Assembly: GCF_004010195.1 (NCBI RefSeq)
Contig: NC_057720.1
Coordinates: forward strand, 2,342,743-2,376,115
DNA from: Chiloscyllium plagiosum
Taxonomy: Eukaryota
Reading direction: 5' to 3'
DNA length: 33,373 nt
The notes beneath the pieces were generated by a model that saw only the letters and a list, made by a program, of their open reading frames with translations, ran no database searches and was not told the origin of the DNA. Shown one piece after another: positions 22,184 to 33,373 of this stretch. The position numbers and the translations under genes are program-made. How positions within the stretch are numbered: position 1 is the first letter of the stretch; each line of letters opens with the position of its first letter.

Positions 22184-22300
22184 GGAGGGATATGGGCTGG
22201 GTGCTGGCAGGTGGGGCTAGATTGGGTTGGGATATCTGGTCGGCATGGACAGGTTGGACAGAAGGGTCTGTTTCCATGCTGTACATCTCTATGACTCTGT
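22184..22300 (+). mobile_element. CR1 3'-tail fragment, near-copy of ~21347-21462
   Basis: gggatatgggctgggtgctggcaggtgg...gctgtacatctctatgactc. Confidence 0.85.
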
Positions 22301-22764
22301 GTTACAATTACTCTCTGACTAACCACAGGAAGTAAAGTGCTTCCCCATACTGTCCCGTGAGGGCTCAGGTGATATTAACTGTCAAATGGTGCCTTTTTTG
22401 ATGCCATATTCAAGTATGAAAGGCAAAGCTCCATTGCTTTATTTGTTAAACCAATTCTTGATTCTGTGAATTCACTGCCCAAGACACTTGGAAATGGTAG
22501 GAACAGAGGCCATAAGGGTGATGGGGCTAGGGAATCCTCAAAGTCAGGTCTCCACCCTCCACCTTGGACAATTTCTCATGCAGAAACTAAAATGCCAGAC
22601 TGGGCCCCCCCTGTTCCACAGCAGGTGATGTACAATTCACACTTGGCCTGCCATGGCAACAAGCCATCCTCTTACAAGACTGAAGGCTGCTGAAGAGCAA
22701 GAGGAAAAATAAATATTTATCAGGAATCTAAAGAGCCACATGTATTCATGCAATGCAGTAGGAA

Positions 22765-23570
22765 GTTTTGCAAGGATGTTGCCAGGTTTGGACAAAGTTA
22801 AAAATCAAACAACACCAGGTTATAGTCCAACAGGTTTATTTGGAAGCACTAGCTTTCGAAATGCTGCTTCTTCATCAGGTGGTTGTGGAGCAGAATCATA
22901 CGACACAGAATTTATAGCAACAGGATTGCAGTGTCATTGGAGTGTAATATTAAACAAATTTAGCTTGAGTCTTTCATCTTTTAGAATAATCATGTTAGTT
23001 TCAGTTCTTCATATGTAAATCCCAGAACTTTTTTAAAATTACATTCTCAAGGTAGCTTTTAACAATAGGTGCCATCTCAGCTCAGATAATGCTCTGCTCA
23101 GCTCAGAAATCTGCCAGGTTTGGGGAGTTTGAGCTACAGGGAGATGCTGAATATGTTGGGGCTGTTTTCCGTGGAGCGTCAGAGGCTGAAGGGTGACCTT
23201 ATGGAGGTTTATAAAATCAGGAGGGGCATGAATAGGGTAAATAGACAAGGTCTTTCCCTGGGGTGGGGGAGTCCAGAATGAGAGGGCATAGGTTTAAGGT
23301 GAGAAGGGGAAAAAATTAAAAGGGACCCAAGGGCAACTTTTTCATGCAGAGGGTGGTGCGTGTATGGAATGAGCTGTCAGAGCAAGTGGTGGAGGCTGGT
23401 ACAATTGCAACATTTAAAAGACATCTGGATGGGTATATGAGTAGGAAAGGTTTCGAGGGATATGGGCCAAATGCTGACAAATGGGACTAGAGTAACTTAG
23501 GATACCTGGTTGGCATGGTGAGTTGGACCAAAGGGCCTGTTTTTATGCTGTACATCTCTATGACTCTAAG
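22765..23570 (+). mobile_element. CR1 3' fragment interrupted by the insertion at 22792-23111
   Basis: FARMLPGL before the insertion continues as ...SYREMLNMLGLFS...RLKGDLMEVYKI after it; tail tacatctctatgactcta. Confidence 0.88.
22792..23111. mobile_element. Penelope-like element fragment (320 bp) with a 12-bp TSD and a hammerhead-like motif
   Basis: TGCCAGGTTTGG occurs at 22780-22791 and 23112-23123. The minus strand contains CTGATGA...GAAAGCTA. Confidence 0.7.
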
Positions 23571-23919
23571 GCACTTGCTTTAAATTCTTTCTCACAATCA
23601 TAAGAATGACCAAATTTATACTTGAATTACGTATAATTTCAATCTGGTGTATAGGGTTGGCAAAAACCTTGTGTCTCACAGTCAGGACAAATGCATCCAT
23701 TTGCATAATTTATTATAATGTGTTCAAAAAGAATCATGTAAAAAGTGGTTTACTGTATTAATTTAGTAGAAAAATAATGTTGAATAAAAAGGCAATAAGA
23801 ATTGTTCACATAAAACTGAATAATTTACCATCTCAGCTATATTGAAAACAATGTTTCAACCATAAAATCTGTTTGTTCAACTAAAGACATTGTAAATATA
23901 TATCACTCAAACAGTTTTA

Positions 23920-25070
23920 CGAACATAGGAGGAGGCCATTCAGACCTTTGGGTCTGTCCCACCATTCAATGAAATATGGCTGACCTGTGGCTAATTCTAT
24001 ATATCTGCCTTTGGCCCATGTTCATTAATACCTTTCCTTTGCAAAAATGTATCTCCATCTGTTTTAAAATTAACAACTGATCCGGAATTCACTGTCATTT
24101 GTGGAAAAGAGTTCCAAACTTCTCCCACCCTTTGTGTGTGGAAGTGCTTCCTAACATCTCTCCTGAATGCTCCGAACCTAATTTTCAGATTTTGCTTCCT
24201 AATTCTAGAATCTCCATTCGGTGGAAATAGTTTAACTTTATTCATCTTGTGTTTTTCTGTTAATATCTTGAAGACTTTGATTAGATCACCCCTTCATCTT
24301 CTAATCAAGATAAGGAATTATAAGAAAACTAGTAGATGTGATACAGAAGGACATTTTCTCTGGTGTTTGAATACTGTGAAGTGGAGCTGTCAGATACCTT
24401 TTATTGTATGTTTTGAAATCTTTCAAATTACATTATGTGCAGATAACTTAATATTTGTTCTATTTCACCATTTCTTTTGTGTAATAAATTCTGTTTTATT
24501 GTAAAAACCAAATCTGCAGCATTTTGTATTTGTGCTTCATGAAAGACCACCTCATTAATTAAGATCAAAACAAAATGTAAGGACATAAGAACTAGGAACA
24601 GTAGTAGACAGTTCAGCTCCTCAAGCCTGTTCCACTGTTTGACATGATCATGGATGACCTCATCTCAGCCTCAACTTTCCTGCCTGCTCCTCATAACCCT
24701 TAAACTAATGACCTATAAAAAACCTGCCTATTTCTTCCCTAAATGTATTCAATGGCCTCGCATCTATCTAATTCTTGGGCAGTGACCTCCACAGATTCAT
24801 GATCCTTTGAGAGAAGTAATTTCTTATCTCTATTAATCTGATACTATAACCTCTTATTCTAGATTCCCACACATGAACAAACATCCTTTCTACCTCTACT
24901 CCTTTTTAGCATCTTATATATTTCAATAGGGTCTCTTCTTATTCTTTTAAACTTCAGACAGTATAGACCTAAGCTGCACAATCTTTAGAAGACAAACTGT
25001 CATCTCTAGAATCAACATAGTGAAGGTCTTCTGAACTGCCTCCAAAGTAACTACATCCTCAAATATGAGA
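23920..25070 (-). mobile_element. Two decayed CR1 3' fragments (~23920-24310 and ~24580-25070)
   Basis: ORF 23997..24245 (FRRDVRKHFHTQRVGEVWNSFP) and CR1-type tails at ~23925 and ~24585. Confidence 0.75.
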
Positions 25071-26019
25071 TTTCCATCTGTCATCAGACTTGCCTGATAA
25101 CATCAGCTGGAATGTGGATATCATATCTAGGTCAGAATTTATTGAACATCCCTATCTACTGCTTGACAAGGTAGAGGTTGTGGCTTTCTACTTCAATGGC
25201 TACAGACTTTGTGACATCCAACTGCATGCTGGAAAGTTTCAGGATTTTGACATAGTGACAGTGAAGGAATGGGAATTACTTCCAATCAAATGGCATGAGA
25301 TTTTTATATAAAAAAAAATTATTTATATTTTATTTATTTTCTTTTACTGCCAGAGGTCAAGGAAGACTCAAACATGTTGCTATGGGTCTGGAGTCACATA
25401 TAGATCAGACCATAGACTCAGAGTAATAGAGATGTACAGCATAGAAATAGACCCTTCGGTCCAACGACCAGTTAAGATTGGCAGATTTCCTTCTCTGAAG
25501 GATTTTTTTTATATAACAATCAACAGTAATATCAGACTTGCCATGAGGGTAGCTTTTATTTAATTTCCAAATTTAATTGAAATCAAATTTCACCATCTGC
25601 CATTGCAGGATTCGAATCCATGTCCTCAGAACATTATCTCGGAGTTTTGGATTACTGGTTTTGTAATAGGGGGGACTTGCATGTGCTGTCATTTCCATGT
25701 CTGTATTGCTCTGATTCATCTAGATGGTAGAGATTGTGGTGTTGAGGGAGCCTTGTAGATAGTATCCACTGCTGCAGTCGTGCATTAGCAGTGGAGGGAG
25801 TAAATGCTGAAGGAGTTGGATGTGGTGCTGATTGAGCGGGGACTGCTTTATACCAGATAGCATCAAGGTTTGTAAGTGTTGTTGGAGTCATGTAGGAAAG
25901 TGAGAGTATCCCATCACACTCCTGACTTGTGCCTTGTAGATGGTGGACAGGTTTTGGGAGTCAGGAGGTGAGTTACTTGCTGCAGGATTCTGACCTGCTC
26001 TTGTAGCCACTACATTTAC

Positions 26020-27445
26020 AGTGGCTTTGACAAGGTTCCACATGGGAAACTGATAAATAAAGTAAAAGCATATGACAATCTTGGAAAAATCGATCTAAAA
26101 TTTACTTAGTGATAGGAGACAGAGAATGGTGACTGTGTGCAGTGGCTACTGCAGGGATAAGTGCTGGGTTCCGCATTGTTTGTGATATTCATAAACAAAG
26201 TAGATGAGAATGCTGGAGGGATGATAAGTAAGTTCGCAGATGACTTAGGTGGTTGACAGTGAGGAGGAAGGTGACAGGTATCAAGAGGATATAAATAGAC
26301 TGGTCAGATGGACAGATCAATGCCAATGGAATTTAACCTGAGAGGTGTGAAGTGATGCATTTTGGAAACAGGAGTACTCAATGAATGGCAAGACACTAGG
26401 AAGCTCAGAGGAACAGAGAGATTGTGGGAGCTTATTCACAGATCCCTGAAGGTGGCAGGACAGGTTAACAGAGGAGTTCAGAAGATCTACAGGACACTTA
26501 CCTTTATCAATTGAGGCATGAAGTACAAGAACAAGAAGGGGCCGTACAGACATTTGGTTAAGCCACAGCTGCAGTACTGTATGCAGCTCTAGTCCCCACA
26601 TTATAGGAAGGATGTGATTGCAATGGAGGGGTACAGAGGAGATTCACCAGGGATAGAGCAGTTTAGCTTTTTTAAACAAAATAATTTATAGGATGATGGC
26701 AAGGCCAGCATTTATTGCCAATCCCTAACTGCCCAGATAAGCATCAACCACATTGCTGTGGGTCTGGAGTCACATGTAGGCCAAACCAGGCAAGGATGGC
26801 AGTTTCTTCCCCTAAAGGCATTAGTAAACCAGATGGGTTTTTCTCATGACAGTGGATTCATGGTAATCATTAGGCTCTTAATTCCAGATTTTTGTTGAAT
26901 TCAAATTCCATCATCTATCATGGCGGGATTGAAACCGAGGTCCCCAGAACATTACCTGAGTCTCTGGATGAACAGCCCAGTAATAATAGCATGGGGCCAT
27001 TACGAGTGTCTGGATAAGCTTTGCAGTGGAGTAGGTTGAGTGGGTCGGGGAGGGTGGAGGGGAAGAGGAACTGACAGAGATGTATCAGATTATGAAGTGC
27101 ACGGACAGTTTAAATAAAAAGTGGTAATTCTCCCTAGCTGAAGGTCAATAACAAAAGAACATAAATTTAAAGTGAAAGGCAGGAGGTTTAGAGGGAATTT
27201 TAGGAACAAATGTTTCAGCCAGAGGATGGTGGGTGTCAGAAATTCACTTCCTGGGAAGGTAGTTGAGTCAGGTAACCCCACAATCTTTCAAAAATACCTG
27301 GATGAACACCAGAAATTACATAACATTCAAGACTATGGGTCTCGTGTGGAAAAGTGAGTCGAGCGTAAGCAGTAGGATAATTTTGGCAGTACAGACGAGA
27401 TGGGCTGATGGGGCCTCTTCTGTACTGTATGATTCTATGATTATA
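26020..27445 (+). mobile_element. Decayed CR1 ORF2 RT/3' fragment, interrupted by a SINE at ~26670-27003
   Basis: AFDKVPHGKL, SKFADD and RRFRGNFRNKCFSQRMVGVRNSLP motifs; tail tgtatgattctatgatt. Confidence 0.85.
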
Positions 27446-27799
27446 TAAATACGTATTTATGTTTTTAACAGCATGGACTACAAAATGTACTGCTTCTCCT
27501 TGTAGAGTGTGAATTCTTTGGTCCTTAAATCATTGCCACATGTTGGAAAACTAATGTTAGGAAAAGTGCATGAACTACCTGCTGCACTCATTTATTTGGA
27601 GAGTAAATGCATTACATCTGTCACTTCAGACACACAGTTAATATCGGACTTGTTTACACTGTATTTACGAACTTTGGCTTGGCAAATCATTCAGCTATTA
27701 GTCTTCTTAACAATAGTGACAGTACTTCAAAAGACAAACCATTAGTTGTAAAGCACTTTGAACATCCCAAACATGTGTAAAGTCAGTCTGGCTTTTTTC

Positions 27800-27905
27800 A
27801 TTCCTCATGAAAGGTCACTGACCTGAACTTAACTCTTTCTGTCTCTGCAGATGCTGCCAGAACTGTTGAGGGTTTTCAGCATTTTCCAGCATCTGTAATA
27901 TTTGA
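27800..27905 (+). mobile_element. Old Penelope-like repeat fragment
   Basis: ctcatgaaaggtcactgacctgaa (degenerate hammerhead-like core with a hairpin) followed by cagatgctgccaga...ccagcatctg. Confidence 0.5.
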
Positions 27906-28409
27906 ATTGTTTTTCAAGATACTTTCATGGGATGTGGCATTTATTGACTAGCTACAAGATCCAATGCAGAAATTCACCAAGGCTCCTTAGATAGCACCTA
28001 CCGAGCACAAAAAGGCAGCATGGGAACACCACCGTTTACAATTCATACTCAGCCACAGAAGGAGGCCATTCAGCCCATTATGGCTGCACCGACTTGTGAA
28101 ATGAACATTATTGTCTAGTGCCAATGTCCTGCCTCTTCCCCAAATCCCTGCACACCATTTCCATCCAAATAACCATCCAATTCTCTCTTTAATACCTCAA
28201 TTGAACCTGCATCCAGCACATTTCCAGGCAACGTGCTTCATACCTGAATGAATCACTGAGTGAAAGTGCTTTTTCCTCACTCCATCCTTGCTTCCTTTGC
28301 AGATCACTTTAAATCTAAGTCCTTTTGTCTTTGTTTCTTTTATGAGTGGGAATACTTCTCCCTATCTGGTCAACACAACACACTCATGATTTTGGAAACT
28401 TCTAACCCC

Positions 28410-28770
28410 TTGGTGGTTAACACAGTGGCTCAGTAGTTAGCACTGCTGCCTCACAGCAACGACCCAGATTCAACTCCAGCCTTGGGTGACTGGCTTTGTA
28501 GAATTTGCACACTCTCCCTGTGTCTGTGTGAGTTTCTGCTGGATGCTCTGATTTCCTCCCACAGTCCAAAGATGTGCAGGTGAGGTGGATTGGTCATGGT
28601 AAATTGCCCACTGGATCCAGAGAAGTGCAGGCTAGATGGATTGGTCATGGTAAATGCAGTATAAAAGCAGGTTAGGTAGCTAGATCTGAGTGGGATAATC
28701 TTTGGAGGGTTGGTGCAGATTCAGTGGGCCAAATGGCCTCTTTTCGCACTGTAGGGATTCTAATGATTCA
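28410..28770 (+). mobile_element. Older HE1-type V-SINE inserted in a decayed minus-strand CR1 (~28040-29000)
   Basis: gtggctcagtagttagcactgctgcctcacag head, V-domain, and gggccaaatggcctc...ctgtagggattct tail. Confidence 0.8.
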
Positions 28771-29413
28771 ACCAAATCTCTCTCTCAGCCTTCTCTTCAA
28801 AGAGGACAGCCCCAACTTCTTCAAACTATCCTCATCACTGAGACTTTTCACTGCTGGAGTCATTCTTGTAAATCACTTCTGCATTCTCTCCACAGTGCAT
28901 TCTTATCTCTCCCATAATAAAGCACCCACAACTGTACACAATATTCCAGCTGAGGTCTTAAGTTCAACATCACCTTCTAGCTCTTGTACCCTATGCCTCG
29001 ATTTAAAAAATCGAGGATACTGTATGCAGATTATGCAGTTCCTTCAATGTCGCTGGGTGAAAACCCCGGAATTCTCTCCCTAAAACATTGTGGGTGTCCC
29101 TACAGAAAGGAGACTGAAGTGGCTTAAAGAAGACAACTCACCACCACCTTCTCCGGGCAATTAGCCACAGACAATAAATACTGGCCCACGCAGCAGCACC
29201 CACTTCTCATGAAGGGAAAAATTTATCGTCACATGACTAGAGTCTGGAGAGATGTCACCCTTCCAATTTCTGATGAAGTGGTTCACTGGTTTTGATAGAC
29301 TTGTGATCATAAGGGTTTTGTAAAGAAGAAGTAAATGTATTGTTTTGCCAATCTTAGCAAATCTGTGGCAAGACAGTGCAGTTTCATTCGTGACTGGAAA
29401 TCTGCAAGATTAT

Positions 29414-29698
29414 GGGCAGCACAGTGGTTAGCACTGCTGCCTCACAGCGCCAGAGACCCGGGTTCAATTCCCACCTCAGGCGACTGTCTGTGTGGAGTTT
29501 GCACATTCTCCCCGTGTCTGCGTAGGTTTCCTCCGGGTGCTCCGGTTTCCTCCCACAGTCCAAAAATGTGCAGGTTAGGTGAATTGGCCATGCTAAATTG
29601 CCCATAGTGTTAGGCGAAGGGGTAAATGTAGGGGAATGGGTTTCGGTGTGGACTTGTTGGGCTGAAGGGCCTGTTTCCACACTGTAAGTAATCTAATC
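29414..29698 (+). mobile_element. HE1-type V-SINE, near full length
   Basis: A-box-like and B-box-like head (gtggttagcac...gggttcaattcc), V-domain, and tail ctgtaagtaatctaatc. Highly similar to 16540-16825. Confidence 0.92.
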
Positions 29699-30344
29699 AA
29701 GATGTGTTCTGAGCATAAGGTTCGAGATATTGTACCTCTCCTAGGCAGAGGCAGAAACCCTGGTTTCAATACTGGAACCAGAACAATGGGACTTCTTTGG
29801 GATTCCACTTTCTTGCCTTTTTCCCATATTCCCTTGATTAAAACTGTCTATTTCAGCCTTGAATATACTCAATAATTCTGCCTGAACAGCCCTCTGTGGG
29901 AAAGTAATCCCACAGGTTCACTGCCCCCTGAGTGAAGGAATTCCCCCGCACCTGTATCTGAAATGACCCCTTCTTCTAAGATGATGCCCACTGGTCCGAG
30001 ACTCCCCCTTACTGCTACCAAGAGCCTTAAGACTGATGAGGATCAGTCAGTGCTGAAGGGTTAGGGAAGGGAAGAGTTGGAGCAGGGGTTTCGTGGAAGT
30101 CAGAAAGTGGGGCTGGGAGCATGGAAGGGTGAAGTGGGAAGGGGTTTGCATTTTGGATGTGTGGGGAGGGGGTTATTGCATGGACAGTCCCTCAAGATAA
30201 GAAAATGAGCACTCAAAAGGTAGTGTTCACATTTAGTTCCATCTCAGGATGGTGGCTGACAGAGGCCTCCCAGGGCTGTCAGTTCAACTACAGCATTTCA
30301 ATGATCCCTGTAGTGTCCCTTAGATAATGTTTTCTGTTCTGCAG

Positions 30345-30540
30345 GGAGTGGAGATACAGCTGAGGCTGCAAGCCAAACCACATGGCAGATCAGGTTCAAT
30401 GCAGGAGAGAGTGCGGTGATGCACTTTGGTCAGAAAAACAATTTAAAGTAGGGGTATAATCCTAAAAGAAATCCAGGGACCTGAGGTTATATGAACACAG
30501 ATTATTGAAGGTTGCAGGACAGGTGGAGAGAGCAGTTCAT
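30345..30540 (+). mobile_element. Old CR1 fragment, left half; resumes at ~32685-33025
   Basis: WQIRFNAGESAVMHFG...LKVAGQVERAV before the minisatellite; tttattcacaggggcagagtacaagagc...gtgccacattatagg after it. Confidence 0.8.
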
Positions 30541-30778
30541 AAACTATCCAGCTTAATAAACTGCACAGCTTAGTAAACTATCCAGCTTAATAAACTGCAC
30601 AGCTTAGTAAACTATCCAGCTTAATAAACTATCCAGCTGAGTTACCTATCCGGCTTAATAAACTACCCAGCTTAATAAACCATCCAGCTTAATAAACTGT
30701 CCAGCTTAATAAACTGCACAGTTTAGTAAACTATCTAGCTTAATAAACCATACAGCTAAATAAACTATCCAGCTTAAT
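30541..30778. repeat. Minisatellite, 17-bp unit AAACTATCCAGCTTAAT, 14 copies
   Basis: Counted directly; variant units such as AAACTGCACAGCTTAGT alternate at the start of the array. Confidence 0.95.
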
Positions 30779-32583
30779 TAGGGAGAACCCAAAGGCATTT
30801 TACTCATACGTGAAGAATAAGAGAATGATCGGGGAGAAGGTAGGGCCGGTCAGGGATAGCGTACTTGTGGAACTTGTGCGAGGAGTCTGAGCAGATAAGG
30901 GAAGCCCTAAATGAGTTTTTTGCCTCAGTTTTCACTAAGGAAAGGGACCTTGTTGTGAATGCGAACTTTGAAGAGCTAGGAAACAGGCTTGAACAGATCA
31001 AGATTGATGAAGTTGATGTGCTAGAAATTTTGGCAAACATTATGATTGATAAGTCCCCAGGGCCAGACCAGATTTATCTTAGGTTGCTCTAGGAAGCGCG
31101 AAAAGAGGTTGCTAAGCCATTGGTGAAGATCTTTGCTTCCTCATTCTCCATGGGAGTCGTACCAGAGGATTGGAGGGAGGTGAATGTTGTTCCTCTTTTC
31201 AAGAAAGGTAATAAGGAAATCCCTGGCAATTACAGACCAATCAGTCTTACATCTGTGGTCAGCAAGGTTTTGGAAAGAATACTGGGGGATAGGATTTATG
31301 ACTATTTGGAAAAGCATAGTGTGATTAAAGGCAGTCAGCATGGCTTTGTGAGGGGAAGGTCTTGCCTAACTAATCTTATTGAGTTCTTTGAGGAGGTGTC
31401 AAGACTGGTTGACGTAGGTTGAGCAGTAGATGTGGTGTATATGGACTTCAGCAAGGCATTTGATAGGGTTCCCCATGGTAGGCTCATTTATAAAGTCAGG
31501 AGGTATGGGATACTGGGAGATTTAGCTATCTGGATTCAGAATTGGTTGGCTGACAGAAGGCAGAGAGTGGTTGTAGTTGGAAAGTATTCTGCCTGAAGGT
31601 CAGTGTTGAGTGGGGTCACTCAGGGCTCTGTTCTTGGGCCTCTGCTCTTTGTAGTTTTCATGAATGACTTGGATGAGGAGGTTGAGGGGAGCGTTAATAA
31701 ATTTGCCGATGACACTAAGGTTGGAGGTGCCGTTGATAGCATTCAGGACTATTGCAGGCTGCATAGACAGGATGCAGAGCTGGGCTGAGAAATGGCAGAT
31801 GGAGTTCAACCTGGATAAATGCGAAGTGATGCATTTTGGAAGGTCAAACTTGAATGCCAAATATAGGATTAGAGACAGAATTCTCGGCAGTGTGGAGGAA
31901 CAGAGGGATCGTGGTGTTCAAGTACATAGATCCATCAAAGTTGTCACCCAAGTGGATAGGGTTGTTAAGAAGGCATATGGTGTTTTGGCTTTCATTAACG
32001 GGGGATCGAGTTTAAGAGCTGCAAAGTTTTGCTACAGCTCTACAAGTCCCTGGTGAGACCATACTTGGAATATTGTGTCCAATTCTGGTCGCCCTATTAT
32101 AGAAAAGATACAGAGGCTTTGGAGAGGTTGCAAAGATGCTACCTGGACTGGAGGGCTTGCCTTATGAAGAGAGGTTGACTAAGCTTGGATTTTTTTCTCT
32201 GGAGAGAAGGAAGAAGAGAGATGACCTGATCAAGGTGTACAAGGTAATGAGAGGCATGGATAGAGTCAATAGCCAGAGACGTTTCCACAGGGCAGGATTG
32301 ACTGGTACTAGGGGTCATTGTTTTAAGATATTAGGAGGAAGGTATAGAGGAGACATCAGAGGTAGGTTCTTTATGCAGAGAGTTGTGAATGTATGGAATG
32401 CGTTGCCAGCTGTGGTGATGGAAGCAGAGTCATTAGGGACATTCAAGCTGGACATGCACATGGACAGCAGTGAATTGTGGGGTGCGTAGGTTAGGTTATT
32501 TTATTTTACATTAGGATTAATCCTTGGCACAGCATCATAGGCTGAAGAGCCTGTTCTTTTCTATGTTCTGTGTTCTATGTTCT
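30779..32583 (+). mobile_element. 5'-truncated CR1 LINE (RT domain to 3' tail) with premature stops
   Basis: KSPGPD, PEDWREVNVVPLFKKG, NYRPISLTSVV, QGSVLGPLLF, FADDTKVGG and WQMEFN motifs; tail of ttctatg-like repeats. Confidence 0.95.
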
Positions 32584-32586
32584 AAT

Positions 32587-32689
32587 AAACTGTCCAGCTT
32601 AATAAACTGTCATCTTAATAAACTGTATAGCTTAATAAAACTGTCCAGCATAATAAACCATCCAGCTTAATAAACTACACAGCTTTATT
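32587..32689. repeat. Continuation of the 17-bp minisatellite, ~6 copies
   Basis: Same unit as 30541-30778. Confidence 0.92.
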
Positions 32690-33029
32690 CACAGGGGCAG
32701 AGTACAAGAGCCAGAAGGTGATGCTGAACTTGTACAAGATTGTAACTTGATAGCCCTCAGCTGGAACAGCTGTGTACAGCTGTGGGTGCCACATTATAGG
32801 AAAGGTGCCAGTTGATCAGAGAGAGCAGAAGCAATTTCTAAGAATGGTTCCAGGAATGAGAAACTTCAGTGCTGAGAATAAATTGAAGAGGATGGGATTG
32901 TCTCAACAGAGACAAGGCAGCTGAAAGGTTTCAAAATCACGAGCAGCTCCAGTTCATAAAAGAAACAAGAATAAGAAGGCATAGACTTAAAATGACTTGT
33001 AAACAAAGCAAGGGTGATGTGCGTTCCCG

Positions 33030-33373
33030 TGTAATTCTATTCGTTTTAAAATGGTGATGGAAAAGGATAGACCAGATCTAAAAGTTGAAGTACTAATTTG
33101 GAAAAAGGCCAATTTTGACCGTATTAGGCAAGAACCTTCGCAAGCTGATTGGAGGCAGATGTTCGCAGGTAAAGGAACGGCTGGAAAATGGGAAGTCTTC
33201 AGAAATTAGATAACAAGAATCCAGAGAAAGTATATTCCTGTCAGGGTGAAAGGGAAGGCTGGTAGGTATAGGGAATGCTGGATGACTAAAGAAATTGAGG
33301 GTTTGGTTAAGAAAAAGAAGGAAGCATATGTCAGGTACAGACAGGATAGATCGAGTGAATCCTTAGAAGAGTA
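33030..33373 (+). mobile_element. CR1 ORF2 fragment, same subfamily as 10547-13549; runs off the right edge
   Basis: Near reverse complement of ~12440-12780 (MEKDRPDLKVEVL...YRECWMTKEIEGLVKKKKEAY). Confidence 0.92.

Noticed and set aside
29414..29480. tRNA gene
   Set aside because: The A/B-box-like sequence is the head of a multi-copy SINE and continues into the V-domain; there is no complete cloverleaf.
30541..30778. Regularly spaced repeats resembling a CRISPR array
   Set aside because: The units are contiguous 17-mers with no unique spacers, there are no cas genes, and the context is vertebrate. It is a minisatellite.

Overview
Vertebrate genomic DNA, most likely from a shark (elasmobranch HE1/V-SINEs and abundant CR1-clade LINE fragments). 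It is not prokaryotic. Host genes: the last coding exon of MSH4 (+, 1469-1663) and, tail-to-tail with it, a complete three-exon ASB17 (-, 10234-9846 / 6615-6336 / 2942-2736; 291 aa, ankyrin motif plus SOCS box), the same gene order as in mammals. Most of the rest is nested, decayed retroelements: CR1 LINEs, SINEs and Penelope-like fragments with minimal hammerhead-ribozyme-like motifs. The least explained part is a ~2.1 kb GC/CpG-rich block (18171-20250). On the minus strand it can be reconstructed as one long reading frame of a gene I do not recognise (~590 codons, one putative 104-nt intron), broken by seven TGA/TAG stops and a 102-bp insertion with a target-site duplication. Also present: a 17-bp minisatellite apparently born inside an old CR1 and split by a younger CR1, a 152-bp tandem duplication, and a ~310-bp inverted repeat pair around ASB17 exon 1. 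Gene and repeat names come from recognition and memory, not database searches; repeat boundaries are approximate unless a TSD is given.
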